A stretch of 64,000 nt of DNA from Eledone cirrhosa (Eukaryota): assembly GCA_964016885.1 (NCBI GenBank), contig OZ024759.1:31682001-31746000 (forward strand). The letters are read 5' to 3'. Of this stretch, positions 51,111 through 63,352 are shown piece after piece (position 1 is the first letter of the stretch; the number at the start of each line of letters is the position of its first letter). A model generated the notes under the pieces. The model was not told the origin of the DNA, did no database searches, and saw only the letters and a list, made by a program, of their open reading frames with translations. The position numbers and the translations under genes are program-made.

Positions 51111-52118
51111 TAAAACAATGATACTAATGACAATGCTTTCTTTATTAACCACAAGGGTTTACATAAAGTAGACATTAAGGACAGTACAAGACAATACAGG
51201 ACGGTATAAATGGGCATTTCTGCATGTAAAAAAAACAGAGGATGTAATAAAAAATAACAATGAAAAATTCCCCAATAGGGGGGAGACTTCCGAGGGACAT
51301 TTGTGGAGAAAGCCCATTAAAAGGCCACAGTGACCCTGACCACCAGGGCAAGTGCCCTCTCCCAGTTTTCCACCTTTAATTTACAGACACATACTCAGAG
51401 TAGGCCCATTCACTCGGGCCATACTTGCCTCTCTCACCCATCTTTCAACAGAATGGTGGGAAGAGAGCACTTCCCTCTCTACCCTGATTTTCCTTTTCAA
51501 ATGAAATTTGAAAAAGTTAATCAGGGCATCACCGAAGAGGTAATAACAATAAGAATAATAATATCATTAATAATATTGATTTCTTTATTAGCCACACAGG
51601 GTTCATATTAAGGAAACATTAAAGACGGTACAGGACGATACAGTGTAGGGTTTTTCTTTGTGTAAAATAAAATTTATAAAAGAGACTAAGAAAATAAACA
51701 TTTAAAACAAACATAACAACTTTCCCAAAGGTGAGGAGACTCTAAGGGTCACTTGTATAGAAATCCCACAAAAGCCACGGTCAACCTGTCCGCTAGGACA
51801 AAGTACTCTCTCCCAGTTTATCTACTCCAATCTACAGGTGTATGCTCAAGGCAGGCCCATTTACACGGACCATGCTCACCACTTTATTAGTATTAATATT
51901 AATAATCGATAATATAAAAACAACACACACACACACTGATACATCACCCAAGCCCCAGGACTTACAAATATTAGCAGTACTAGGCATTTCACTCATATTA
52001 TGAAAGGTACTCCCACTACAATAGAAACAGCAACACCAGAAACCACACTGCACATACCCAAGGCACACAGAGCTGTGCTCAGTAATGCAGTGACCCCCCG
52101 ACACACATTAACAATAAA

Positions 52119-52182
<64 letters not shown>

Positions 52183-52654
52183 TTATTACCAGTAATTATA
52201 TGATGATGAAAGGTAGGTAGAATGTCATATGCATGCTGGGAAGGATGGACTTGTTTTTGTTAAATAAACCTTTTTATCTTCCTAGAGACAATAAAATGCT
52301 TAATACAATTCCTGTATTAGATTTATTTATTTATATTATTTGTTTGATTTAGGGCAGTGGTTTGGCAGAGTCGATAGAGCGTCGGACAATGTGCTTTGCA
52401 GTATGTAGTTAATTCCTTTTACACCCTCATTTCAAATCCCGCTGCGGGCAGCCTTGCCTTTCATCCCAACGGTGTCGATAAAATGAAGTACCAGTAATGC
52501 CCTGGAGTTGATTTAATCGACTTTCTCTCGACCCCCCCCCCCCCAATTGTTGGCCTTGTGCCTATATCAGAAATGATCAGAAGCGTGGTTGGTGTTAGGA
52601 AACCAAGCCACCATACACATCTGTATGAGCAAGACGTGGTCTTTGGACCTGACT

Positions 52655-53635
52655 CATTGCATAATTTCGGAAACATTTTTTCACGCTCAGAGTTGCTGAA
52701 GAATAGAACAAACTTCCTGCATCAGTTGTTAGCTGTCGAGACACTGCATCCTTTAAAACCTCCATGGAACAAACTCCCTGCATCAGTTATTAGCTGTCGA
52801 GACACTGCATCCTTTAAAACCTCCATGGAACAAACTACCTGCATCAGTTATTAGCTGTCGAGACACTGCATCCTTTAAAACCTCCATGGAACAAACTCCC
52901 TGCATCAGTTATTAGCTGTCGAGACACTGCATCCTTTAAAACCTTCATGGAACAAACTCCCTGCATCAGTTATTAGCTGTCGAGACACTGCATCCTTTAA
53001 AACCTCCATGGAACAAACTACCAGCATCAGTTGTTAGCTGTCGAGACACTGCATCCTTTAAAACCTCCATGGAACAAACTACCTGCATCAGTTATTAGCT
53101 GTCGAGACACTGCATCCTTTAAAACCTCCATGGAACAAACTCCCTGCATCAGTTATTAGCTGTCGAGACACTGCATCCTTTAAAACCTCCATGGAACAAA
53201 CTCCCTGCATCAGTTATTAGCTGTCGAGACACTGCATCCTTTAAAACCTCCATGGAACAAACTCCCTGCATCAGTTATTAGCTGTCGAGACACTGCATCC
53301 TTTAAAACCTCCATGGAACAAACTCCCTGCATCAGTTATTAGCTGTCGAGACACTGCATCCTTTAAAACCTCCATGGAACAAACTCCCTGCATCAGTTAT
53401 TAGCTGTCGAGACACTGCATCCTTTAAAACCTCCATGCTTCCTGAGATTCGCCAACACTACACCTAATATTCCCCCTCCATACACACACACACACACATG
53501 TATATCATGACTCATACACTATTCACTTCCCTGACATTTGTATATTATTCTAAGTACTATACATGCACCTTTGATGAGTTGTAGTGCACCTGAGCACTGT
53601 ACACTGTACACAGTAATTTCATTCATTATTATTAT
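52655..53635 (+). mobile_element. CR1/L2-like LINE 3' end with internal 61-bp tandem amplification; second 3'UTR copy at ~53980-54140
   Basis: HFFTLRVAE..NKLPASVVSCRDTASFKTSMLPEIRQHYT* resembles the CR1 ORF2 end FF..RV...WN.LP..VV....L..FK; (ATT)n tail. Confidence 0.7.
52706..53437 (+). repeat. Tandem array, 12 x 61 bp, nearly identical units
   Basis: Unit ctccatggaacaaactccctgcatcagttattagctgtcgagacactgcatcctttaaaac. Confidence 0.95.
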
Positions 53636-54803
53636 ATGTGATAACCCGTCTAACCCATCCAGCTGGATCAGTTGGAGACAATTGCTTCTGACAGGACCTG
53701 TTGGAAGGAGTGTTTGAGGACTCCGCCCCTCCCCCCTCTCAGGAATAAGTGACTGAAGAAGACAAAGAAGAAGAGAAGAGAGAAAAGAAACACTCAGTTG
53801 TCGTTTTTGCAAATCTTTATTTCCCACTGAATCGTCTGACGAGGGAAATTGGAAATCCTGCAATAGTTATGTTTACCAAATAAATCTCTATCTGAAGGAC
53901 TGAGTTCACAAGTCCCTGTTGTAAGTATACAAATGGAATAACCAGGGATACAAGATAGACTGATGCAATAAGATTTAACTAAATATCCCCCCTCCATACA
54001 CACGGACACATGTATATCGTGACTCATACACTGTTCACTCTCTTCACATTTCTACATTATTCTATGTACTATACATGCACCTTTGATGGGTTGTAGTGCA
54101 CCTGAGCACTGTACACATTAATTTCATTATTATTATTATTATATAAAAATTAAACAGATATTTTATATTTCGGAGGTGAACTTGTCTGGCAAATGACTTG
54201 ATCTAAGATCATGGTGTGTTGAAACTAAAGCAATTATATTGGGGAAAGAGTCATTTTAGCCACACTTGTACATGTCTGGCAAGTGATTTGATCTGAGAAT
54301 GTGTTATGTTGAAACTAAAACTAGTTAATCATTTTAGCCATCCAAATAACACACACAAAAAGCTGTTAAGTTCACTTTACATTTATTCGTTGGTGTCAAC
54401 ATTTTCGTCGTGCTGCTGGCTACCTGGTCGATGATACGGCTCTCTGTAGAGATTAAAAGAACCTAAGTCAAACTCACAGGTACGTTTATGTAAATTTTTA
54501 TTTCAGGTAGATATGAGGGTAGCGCTGAGATTTAAAACATATTTAATAAACTTTCGGGTGTGTTTTATTCCAGGGTGAATTCATTTGAAGTGGTACATAG
54601 GTAGCGCTGAGATTTAGAATAGACACAGATTTAATGAAATAAGTGAAACTTTCGATGTGTGTTTATTCCAGGACGAATTCATTTGAAGAGGTAGGTAGCT
54701 AGGGAACATTGAGATTTAATATAAAATAGACAGGAATTAAAGTAAAAGTAATGAAACTATTGATTGTCGCGGTTGAACGAAGCGTGTCTAAATTTTAACA
54801 GCG

Positions 54804-55931
54804 ATGTATAATAAGAAGAGAAACAAGGAGGAAAATAATACTGCAGATTCTGTGAATGGAGTGAGAAAGTCTGCGATGAGGAATGTAAAGGTAAATAATA
54901 ATAAAACCAAGAGAAATGAGAAATTTTTGAATGATTTGGTAGAACATTTGAAAAAAGGGGCGGGTGAAATGAATGACAACCGTGAGCGCCGTCTGTCGGT
55001 GGCGACAGCAGTTGTGCCGCCTGGCAGTGGTGAAACATCAACAAGAAAACATCAGAGGAACAAAGGAATTGTTTCTACTGCCGACAATATATGGACTGTT
55101 ACTTGTGGAAACTATAGTAGCTACTGTAATAGTAGTACTAGTAGTGGTGGTAATAGTTGTACTACTGTTGCTAATACTATCACTAATAATAGTAATAGTA
55201 GTAATAATAGCAGCAGCACCAACGCTTCCAGAAAAGACCAGAGCAGGTTCACAACCAAACCGAGGATGTCCAAAGACACGGCACGGAAGAGCACCACTGC
55301 CGTGAAAAAAACCCCGCCCCCCAAAACGCCCGAAGATGACCAAAACTCAGCCGCTTCTTCATCATCATCATCGTCATCATCCGCCAATAACAACAACAAC
55401 AATAACAACAACAACAACGAAGAAAGCAAAGATGTGGATTCGACGACGGACAACAAATCGAATCATGTTGATGGCGAAGATCCACCAGAATTGGAAACCG
55501 AACCAGAACTGGAATTGGAACTATCGGTGTCTTCTCCGATGTCCTTCGGTTCCGTCAACCCTGACACTAACCCCGATGTCAACCCTGATATTAACGACGT
55601 GAGCAATCAAAGCTCCGTTGTTAATAAAACCCAGGAGAATCCAGTGGATGGTACTCGTGAAATAGCCAAACCTAATGGTACAACTCGCAGCAAAAAGGGT
55701 GAGAACATTCCAAAGAGACGTGGAACCCGGCAACTGACCAGAGTTAGGGAAATGGACCGAGAACTGGCCGGCTGGATTAACGGTTATTACACCAATGACA
55801 GACTTGATGAACTTACACGGGACATGATCACAGACAGGGCCAGAGAGATAGCTAAAGAGAAGAACATTTTAGATTTTGCCGGTACTACTAACTGGTTTAC
55901 CAGATTCCTTGGAAGGAATTTCTCAGATGCG
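54804..55931 (+). CDS. Gene 3 large first coding exon: low-complexity region, KDTARKST peptide, CENP-B/pogo-type HTH at the 3' end
   Basis: 376 open codons ending in MDRELAGWI...LTRDMITDRAREIAKEKNILDFAGTTNWFTRFLGRN; gtgagt donor at 55932. The true start could be a downstream ATG such as 55266. Confidence 0.75.
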
Positions 55932-55936
55932 GTGAG

Positions 55937-55969
<33 letters not shown>

Positions 55970-57588
55970 TTGTTTATTGTTAATGTTAATAAATGTTGTG
56001 TTTGATATATTCAATGAAGTAGCAACAAATATAACCTTTAATCACAGAATCTATCACTTCCTTCCTATCTCTGTATCACTTATGGTTTACCAGATTCCTC
56101 GGAAGGAATTTCTAAGATGCGGTGAGTGAGTATATATATATATGTATGTTTATTGTTTGTGTAGGGTTTTGTTGATATATTCAATGATGGAGCGACAAAT
56201 ATAACCTTTAATCACATAATCTATTCCTTCCTATCTCTGTATCACTATTTCTTTCTCTCTCTCCTAGATAGTATCCAACACTTATTTTCTTATTTTCCTA
56301 AAGATTCTGTCATTTATTAAAATAATCTTATCTGTAGTTTAAAAAAAAAAAAGATTAAAGAGAAAAGTCTTAGAAAACCAGACTCCGATAAAATTGGTGT
56401 TTGTGCTGGTCCATGCCTATATATATATATATACCCGAGGAAAGCTTTCCTGATGATTTCTCTCGAATGAAACAGTTCTAGTCCTGTAGAAGCCATTTCT
56501 ATATTAAATATTTATACTCTGCTTTGTATCGAGTACCTTACTTACTATGGTTACCCCCGATTGAACCCGGGATAAACATATATATGTGTGTATATATATA
56601 TATATATAATAGTGATGTTGGTGTGTTTAGATAGATTTAGTGCATTATATTTTTATATTTATAAGGTTCCCAGTAATAATAATTGTATGTGTTTATATTT
56701 CTATTCTGTAAGAATTATTCATTTACTATTATATATATTATTTGTGTCTATATTTTCATTCTGTATTATTATATTCATAGAAAAGTAATAATAATGATAT
56801 ATTTTGTGGTGACAATAAAGTTTATATTTAGATATATGAGAATGTTTTAAAAAAAAAAAAAATAGAAATGAGTACATCACTAAACCACTAAGCTTATTTA
56901 TAAAACTAAATTACTTACAGTTGACGATAGAAATAAATAAAAATATACGAATTATGATCATAATTACAAATATAATTATAAATATAATAATAATTATTAT
57001 TTACCAAGCATGAAATGAATGACTTTTGTAAAATAATAGCAACATATATTATATATAATTCGAAAGTAACTTCCTAAGGTTTGAAAAAAATATCGAAATA
57101 TTTTTATATTTCGTTAATTTAAAAGATTCTTTTGAACTTTCATCAATCGATGTTAAATTACCTTTATTCTAATTTCTTTTGGCTATCGTTTATCTTTTCA
57201 CTCTGTTTTAAACTGACAACTTTCACATCAAAACAAGCACAAAATGTTTTTAAATATTCTTTTATTTCCCCCTAATTTCCAATTTCCACTTTTCGTATTT
57301 GCACAAGTTGTTTTAATTTCTACAGAGACAACAAACAGCAACGTGAAAATATACAGAAATTAGGTTTAACCAAAGCAAAAATATATAAATTTAATTGTAT
57401 AATTGTTTAATTATATTTTTGTTTACTCTACAAGTACTGATAATATTTACTCATGCAAATATACACGATGTTTATATCGCCATGTGCATACACACACATG
57501 TATGTATGTATGTATGTATATATATATATATACACACACACACTATAATCACTCTTTCTCTCTCTATATATATAAACATATACACCTA

Positions 57589-57632
<44 letters not shown>

Positions 57633-59389
57633 GTGTTGTGTATTTGTTTTGCAAGATTCTTGATGTGAAATCGCGTGTTGAAACCTATATTGTTATATTT
57701 GTAGACGGTCATATTACCTGTATTGCCAATAAAAAAACACACGTATCATGATTTACACTTTATCTTTATTCGAGTCGATACTCAATAAGAACATGTAAAC
57801 GAAGCTTCATCGTTTTTTTCTTATTATATATACTCTGCCTGTGATCGAGTGCTCAGATTGGACCATCACCAGTAATTCCTTGAATCACGTTTACTATATA
57901 TATATATTGTTTAACTCTTTAATATATATATATATATATATATATACATGAAAATAGAGAAATTAATATATATTTATAACCGAGTTCAATCGGGGGGTAA
58001 CCACAGTAAGCAAGGTACTCAATACATAGCAGAGTATAAATATTAATACAGAAATGGCTTCTACAGGACTAGAACTGTATCATTCGGGAGAAATCATCAG
58101 GGCTTCCTGGTGATTTCTCCCGAATGAAACAGTTCTAGTCCTGTAGAAGCCATTTCTATATTAAATATATATATAGAAGTGGTTACACAACAGTTAATTC
58201 ACCATACCGAGAACAATTGTTTCACCTTAGCGGATCCTCAGCTCGTAATGGACATGGTTATACTTAACAGGACTGAGTGCTCTACCACTACGGATATTAC
58301 CTTTCAGTGTTCTACCACTATATATATATATATATGGTTGACGGTTGAGGGAAAGAGTACTCGATACCGAAGTAGAGTTTAAATATTCATTTTATTCAGG
58401 CTAAATAGTGAGTCTTGTTACTCTGGAGTTTCACCTGTTTATCACAGGGTCACCAAGATCTATATTAAAACTCGTCCTACGGCCTTTAGTTGCTCTATAC
58501 TTTTATCTTTACCAAACTATTACTCCTATGTATATATATATATATATTTAATGTGTGTGTACACAAAGAAGAGTACTCAATACGCTATATAGTTTATTAC
58601 TGTCACAACCACTAATCAGTTTCGTATACAAACAAAAGCAAGCATACATGTGCCCGATTGCGGGAGTTTGAGCTCTTGTATTTCTTCAATGAAATTCCAA
58701 ATTATCTCCCTTAGTTGTTGTGGCAGTTGATGTTATTTAGCCCTAGGTCAAACCCCTGATTGATCAGACTTATGAAAGATATTCCTGCCATGACAATCCT
58801 TCTTGTTTTTCTATCCTTTCCTCATATATTTCATGAACACCATTATCCCAATGGAGGCCTTCTTTTTTAATAGACGGGGTGCGATTTGGGAGAGCTTTGG
58901 CTGCTGTTTTTAGCTGGTCTAGCAGCTATGTAGATGATTAGTGTTGTTAGATATGAAAGGATCAGAATTTGCAAGTAGGAAGGAAGCTGCAAAAGAGGAA
59001 GACATGGGCAGCACTACACATACACAAACTCGTGTGTGTATGTGTGTGTGGCTGTTTTTTTCCTCTTAGTGGTCTAACTTTTTATTTTCTTCTTTTATTT
59101 CTCGTTCTATCTTCTGCTGAAAGACCAACGTCTGAATCGTTATGACTCTTTCCTGTCTATATCAAGTGTCAAACTAATATATATATATCTTCCAGAAAGG
59201 TATACAGTCCTGTTATACAGTCCTAATGACCCAGAAACATGTTGATTGTTCCTCAAAGCCAGTGTTGAACAAACAGGTGACGATCGGTCACCGGCATGAC
59301 ACAGCTTCTTATCGAGCTCGTTTGTTTACAAACGAATCGGATATTATTTTTAATGTTCGATATAACCCATACGTACATATATATGTGTG

Positions 59390-59427
<38 letters not shown>

Positions 59428-61495
59428 GATATGTATATATATATATTGGGTCGTCAAGTATGAAATTTGTAGAAATTTGGTTGTTTTTTTTTTCTACAAA
59501 TTTCATACTTGATGGCCCAACATATATATACATTTCTGTGTATATATATGTGTGTGTATATATGTGTATTTATACTTACTTTCATTGTAATATATATATC
59601 TCTTCATTGGTAATGTATTGTTTTAGTGTGTTGTTTTCCCATTTACTTTTCACACACACACGCACACAATGAACTGTATCTGTAATTCCAAGGTACATCT
59701 TTGTCAAACACAGAGTCATGCTGAATCCAGCTGAGGATGTCATTAATAGGCCAAGTGTCTGTGGAATACTCAGCCACTTACACTAGGAGTGTACAGATAA
59801 ACAATCTAAAGTAGTGTGAGATCCATCATTGAATCATCTTCCTTCACCACCACCACCACCACGTTCACCACACCACCACCACCACCACAATCACAATCAT
59901 CATCATCATCATCCTGTTTATCTACTCCTCCTCATCATTGCCATCATCATCATCACCATCCTTTTTTTTCCATCCCCACCTTCATTCCCCATCACCACCT
60001 CCTTATCATCATCATTGTCATTGCCATCCTCTTCCTCATCATTGACATCACCATCCTTTTCTTTCCTCTCTATAATCACCATTCTCCTCACCACCATCAT
60101 CATTACCATCATCATCATCATCTCTGTGCTCCTTGTATCTTCTGCCATCATAATCACCATCCTTCTTTTCCTCATCATCACCATCATCCTGATGCCTGCA
60201 CTATATAGACAAGTTCCCTCCAGTACAGTTTCCTTCCACTTTTTCATTTTACTGTATCCTTTCCTTTGTGAAGTTCAGTAGCCTGAGAGAAGCCATTACT
60301 ACTTCTTTCTACACACATCTTCCTTGGTCTTCCTCTCCTGCAGCTTCCTTCCTACTTTAAACTTCTGGCATTTTCATCTCATTAAATCTTTCTCTTTTTT
60401 TTCTCTCTTTTGCAGAGTGTTAGTAAACAACTAAAAATGCTTTCTTTTGCAAATCCTGGGAAATTTATGGAAGATTTCGATCCAGAACGAAGTGCCAGGG
60501 AAATGCGTAAGATGAATCGCAGAATTTACAGAGAGAAGTATGTCTTTGTTGAACTATTTTTTTCATTTAGTGTTTTTTAATTGTGTTGCTTTAGTGGAGT
60601 CTGTGCTGCTGTATGGGTCTGAGACCTGGACACTGACCAAGAAACTCACTCAGATGGTGGATGGGTGCTACACGAGAATGCTGAGGATGGCTCTGAACAT
60701 TAATCAGTATACACTGAGGATGAAGAACTCAGAGCTGTACGGGAGCCTCCCAAAGGTCAGCTCAAGAGTAGCACAGAGGAGACTGAGGTTAGCTGGACAT
60801 GCTCACCGACATCCAGAGTTGACACTGCACTCAGTGCTCCTGTGGGAGCCCCTGCATGGACACACTGGAAGAGGAAGAACGAGGTTAACATATGTTGATG
60901 CCCTAAGGACAGGCACTGGTCTCTTAGAGACGCAGGACATGGCAGCGATAATGAGGGACAGAGACCGCAAGAGAGAACTCGTCCATCGATCTCGGGGAAT
61001 TTTTCCCGCCCTAGACATTGTGTGTAGTAAGGTTAGTGGAATGGCAATAATCGGTAGAGAGTAAAGTGGTCGTGTAGGTGACACAACAAAAAGTACCCAG
61101 TCCACACTGGAAAGTGGTTGTGTAGGAGATAGGCATTTTTATGGACCACATCAAATATTTGTGGGTTTTTTTTTACCTCTTTGCAGGTTCTCTAAGAACG
61201 TAACCCCCCACAAATACTAGGGGACAACTGTATATCACTGACACTTATTTATATTTCTGTTTGCAGTGTCAAGAAGAACCAGATGTACGATGAAGCCGGT
61301 CGGCTTCTTGATAACAGCAAAGATGTTTGTGACTGTTTGGATGAAGATTGTCCTGGTTGCCACTTCCCTTGTCGCAAGTGTGGCTCTGAAAAATGTGGCA
61401 CCGAGTGCCGCTGTAATCGGAAGTGGGTCTATGAGATGGTGGAGATTGAAGGTACCAATCTAGTGATAAACAATCCCTCCCTTACAATAGTTTAA
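54804..61495 (+). CDS. ARL14EP: Gene 3: ARL14 effector protein (C11orf46)-like with N-terminal disordered region and CENP-B-type HTH; ~492 aa in the minimal model
   Basis: Exons 54804-55931, 60416-60537, 61267-61495 join in frame (optional exon from 59196). C-terminus matches ARL14EP: LSFANPG...RE.R and YD..G.L...DVCDCLDEDCPGCHFPCRKCGSEKCGTECRCNRKWVYE.VEIEG. The link to the first exon is inferred from phase only. Confidence 0.7.
56444..56570 (+). ncRNA. Hammerhead-bearing repeat (family A), intact core, in an intron of gene 3
   Basis: gctttc CTGATGA t ttc tctc gaa t GAAACAG ttctagtc CTGTA gaagc. Confidence 0.68.
57980..58165. ncRNA. Inverted pair of family A hammerhead repeats forming a hairpin
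   Basis: Minus copy ~57980-58103 (CTGATGA, GATAC variant); plus copy 58101-58165 (ggcttc CTGGTGA...GAAACAG...CTGTA gaagcc). Confidence 0.6.
59196..59276 (+). CDS. Possible in-frame cassette exon of gene 3 (KGIQSCYTVLMTQKHVDCSSKPVLNKQ)
   Basis: ttccag acceptor, phase 0, open frame; donor either gtgacg at 59277 or gtacat at 59373. No recognisable homology. Confidence 0.3.
60416..60537 (+). CDS. ARL14EP: ARL14EP-like exon (SVSKQLKMLSFANPGKFMEDFDPERSAREMRKMNRR)
   Basis: Strong pyrimidine tract + tgcag; gtatgt donor; resembles ARL14EP LRSLQFTNPG...REKRRL. Confidence 0.88.
60585..61016 (+). mobile_element. RTE-clade LINE 3' fragment (gene 3 intron); same family at 44760-45005 (-) and 1275-1395 (+)
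   Basis: VESVLLYGSETW...RRLRLAGH...GRGR.RLTYVD; near-identical DNA at the other sites. Confidence 0.82.
61267..61495 (+). CDS. ARL14EP: ARL14EP cysteine-rich C-terminal domain exon
   Basis: CDCLDEDCPGCHFPCRKCGSEKCGTECRCNRKW; ttgcag acceptor; TAA. Confidence 0.94.
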
Positions 61496-61677
61496 TATAT
61501 GTATATATACTCGCATACTTACTCATATGCACACACACATACTTACATACATATACTATCTCTTTTACTTGTTCCAGCCCATCAGATGTAGCCATGCTGG
61601 GGTACTGCCATTACGTGTGTGTTTGTGTATATATACATATATATAATGTAACACACACACGCACATATGTGTGTGTG

Positions 61678-61727
<50 letters not shown>

Positions 61728-61761
61728 AACACACGCATATGTGTGTGTATATATATATATA

Positions 61762-62982
61762 TTAGGTTGCACAGAAAGTTTTTTTGCCTTTTTCAAATCT
61801 TTATTGACTTTGGCATTTTTTAACATTAGGAAAATTTTACAAGTCAAAATAATCACTCCATCATTTGCGATCACCATCTGCCATCATTTAGGAAAGCACA
61901 TGATTCCATCTTTGTAGAATTCTTCTGGTTTCAATGCTAAGAATTCCGTCATCCACTGATTTAACTGGTCTTCATTGGCGAAGGTGTTTGATCTTTGATT
62001 GCATTGCTTATTGAGAGAAAATGTGATAGTCTGTAGGTGTAAGGTCTGTGATAGTCTGTAGCTGCATAACCACCCAAGCTAGCTCCAGCAGCTTCTCACA
62101 GGTCATTCTTGATGTAGGCAGCTGAGCTTTGTCTTGAAGGAATCAAACAAAACCATGGTGTGGCCGCACTTGTACGATTTTCCACACTAATCTGTCAAAT
62201 TGTTGGCAATAAACATCAGATGTTATCCTGCTTTTCAGTGGGAGCAGCTCGTAGTGATGACACCTTTCCAGTTCCACCAGATGCACAATAGGTTCTTGTG
62301 AGGGTGGAGGCCAACCTTTGCTTGCCACTGTGGTGCACTCACTTTATAGACCGACGATTGCTTGTACTTGACATCAATGGAGAGACAGCAATTTTTATCA
62401 CCAGTTGATTGTGTGACAGTAAGAGAGCAGAGAAGTTGTAGCAGCCACCTGGCATTTACAGTTATGCTCAGTCAGACTGAGGGGCACCCTTTTGTCCAGC
62501 TTGGACACCTTCCCTATTGCATGCATGTGATTGAGGATTGTTGTTTTCGATGCTCCAAGCACTTCGGAGAGTTGAAGTGATGTCTGGCCTAGATCGGGTT
62601 CTACCAGCTCGTGCAATTGTTTGTTATTGAAGTTGGATGGACGTGCCGCATGAAGTCCTGCATCTTCAAGGCTGTAATCACCAGAATGGAAGCATGTGAA
62701 CCAGTTCCTGGCACTGCGTTCAGACATGGTCTGCACCCAAATGCATTGTTAATGTGCCAACTAGATGCTGCTGCACTTGGGCCAGATTTTCTAGTCCTGA
62801 AGTAAACAGCTTCAAATAAGTGATTTGGATAGATCCAGGCTGCTTCCTCTTTGATGGCGTAACAGAAAATCATAAATGCACATAGTGCACTCCAACATTA
62901 CTTAGTGCATATGCACAACTTTCAACATTTCCAGAAAACTCTACCAAAATACCTCCTTTTGTAAAATGGCAGGAATTTTTTG

Positions 62983-62988
<6 letters not shown>
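61762..62988 (-). mobile_element. Decayed mariner (Tc1/mariner) transposon
   Basis: Minus-strand remnants SERSARNWF..F.SGDYSLED, KVSKLDKRVPLSL (WVPHEL-like), HYELLP...ITSDVYCQQFDRL and DLTPTDYHIF-like, with stops and frameshifts; imperfect TIRs in TA context. Confidence 0.85.
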
Positions 62989-63062
<74 letters not shown>

Positions 63063-63165
63063 TTAAATCTCTACATATATGCGTGTATATATGCATATGT
63101 ATATGCATATATATATATGTGTATGTATGTATATGAATATATATATACACACACACGCATACATA

Positions 63166-63210
<45 letters not shown>

Positions 63211-63239
63211 GTATTTATAAGTATATATTTATATGTACA

Positions 63240-63278
<39 letters not shown>

Positions 63279-63317
63279 GTATTTATAAGTATATATTTAT
63301 ATGTACATATTTATATT

Positions 63318-63352
<35 letters not shown>

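Noticed and set aside
52706-53437. CRISPR-like array
   Set aside because: Units are contiguous with no unique spacers; LINE-derived, eukaryotic context.
54804-56129. Autonomous pogo/Tigger transposase
   Set aside because: Only the HTH is present; no DDE domain or TIRs; the exon ends at a splice donor.
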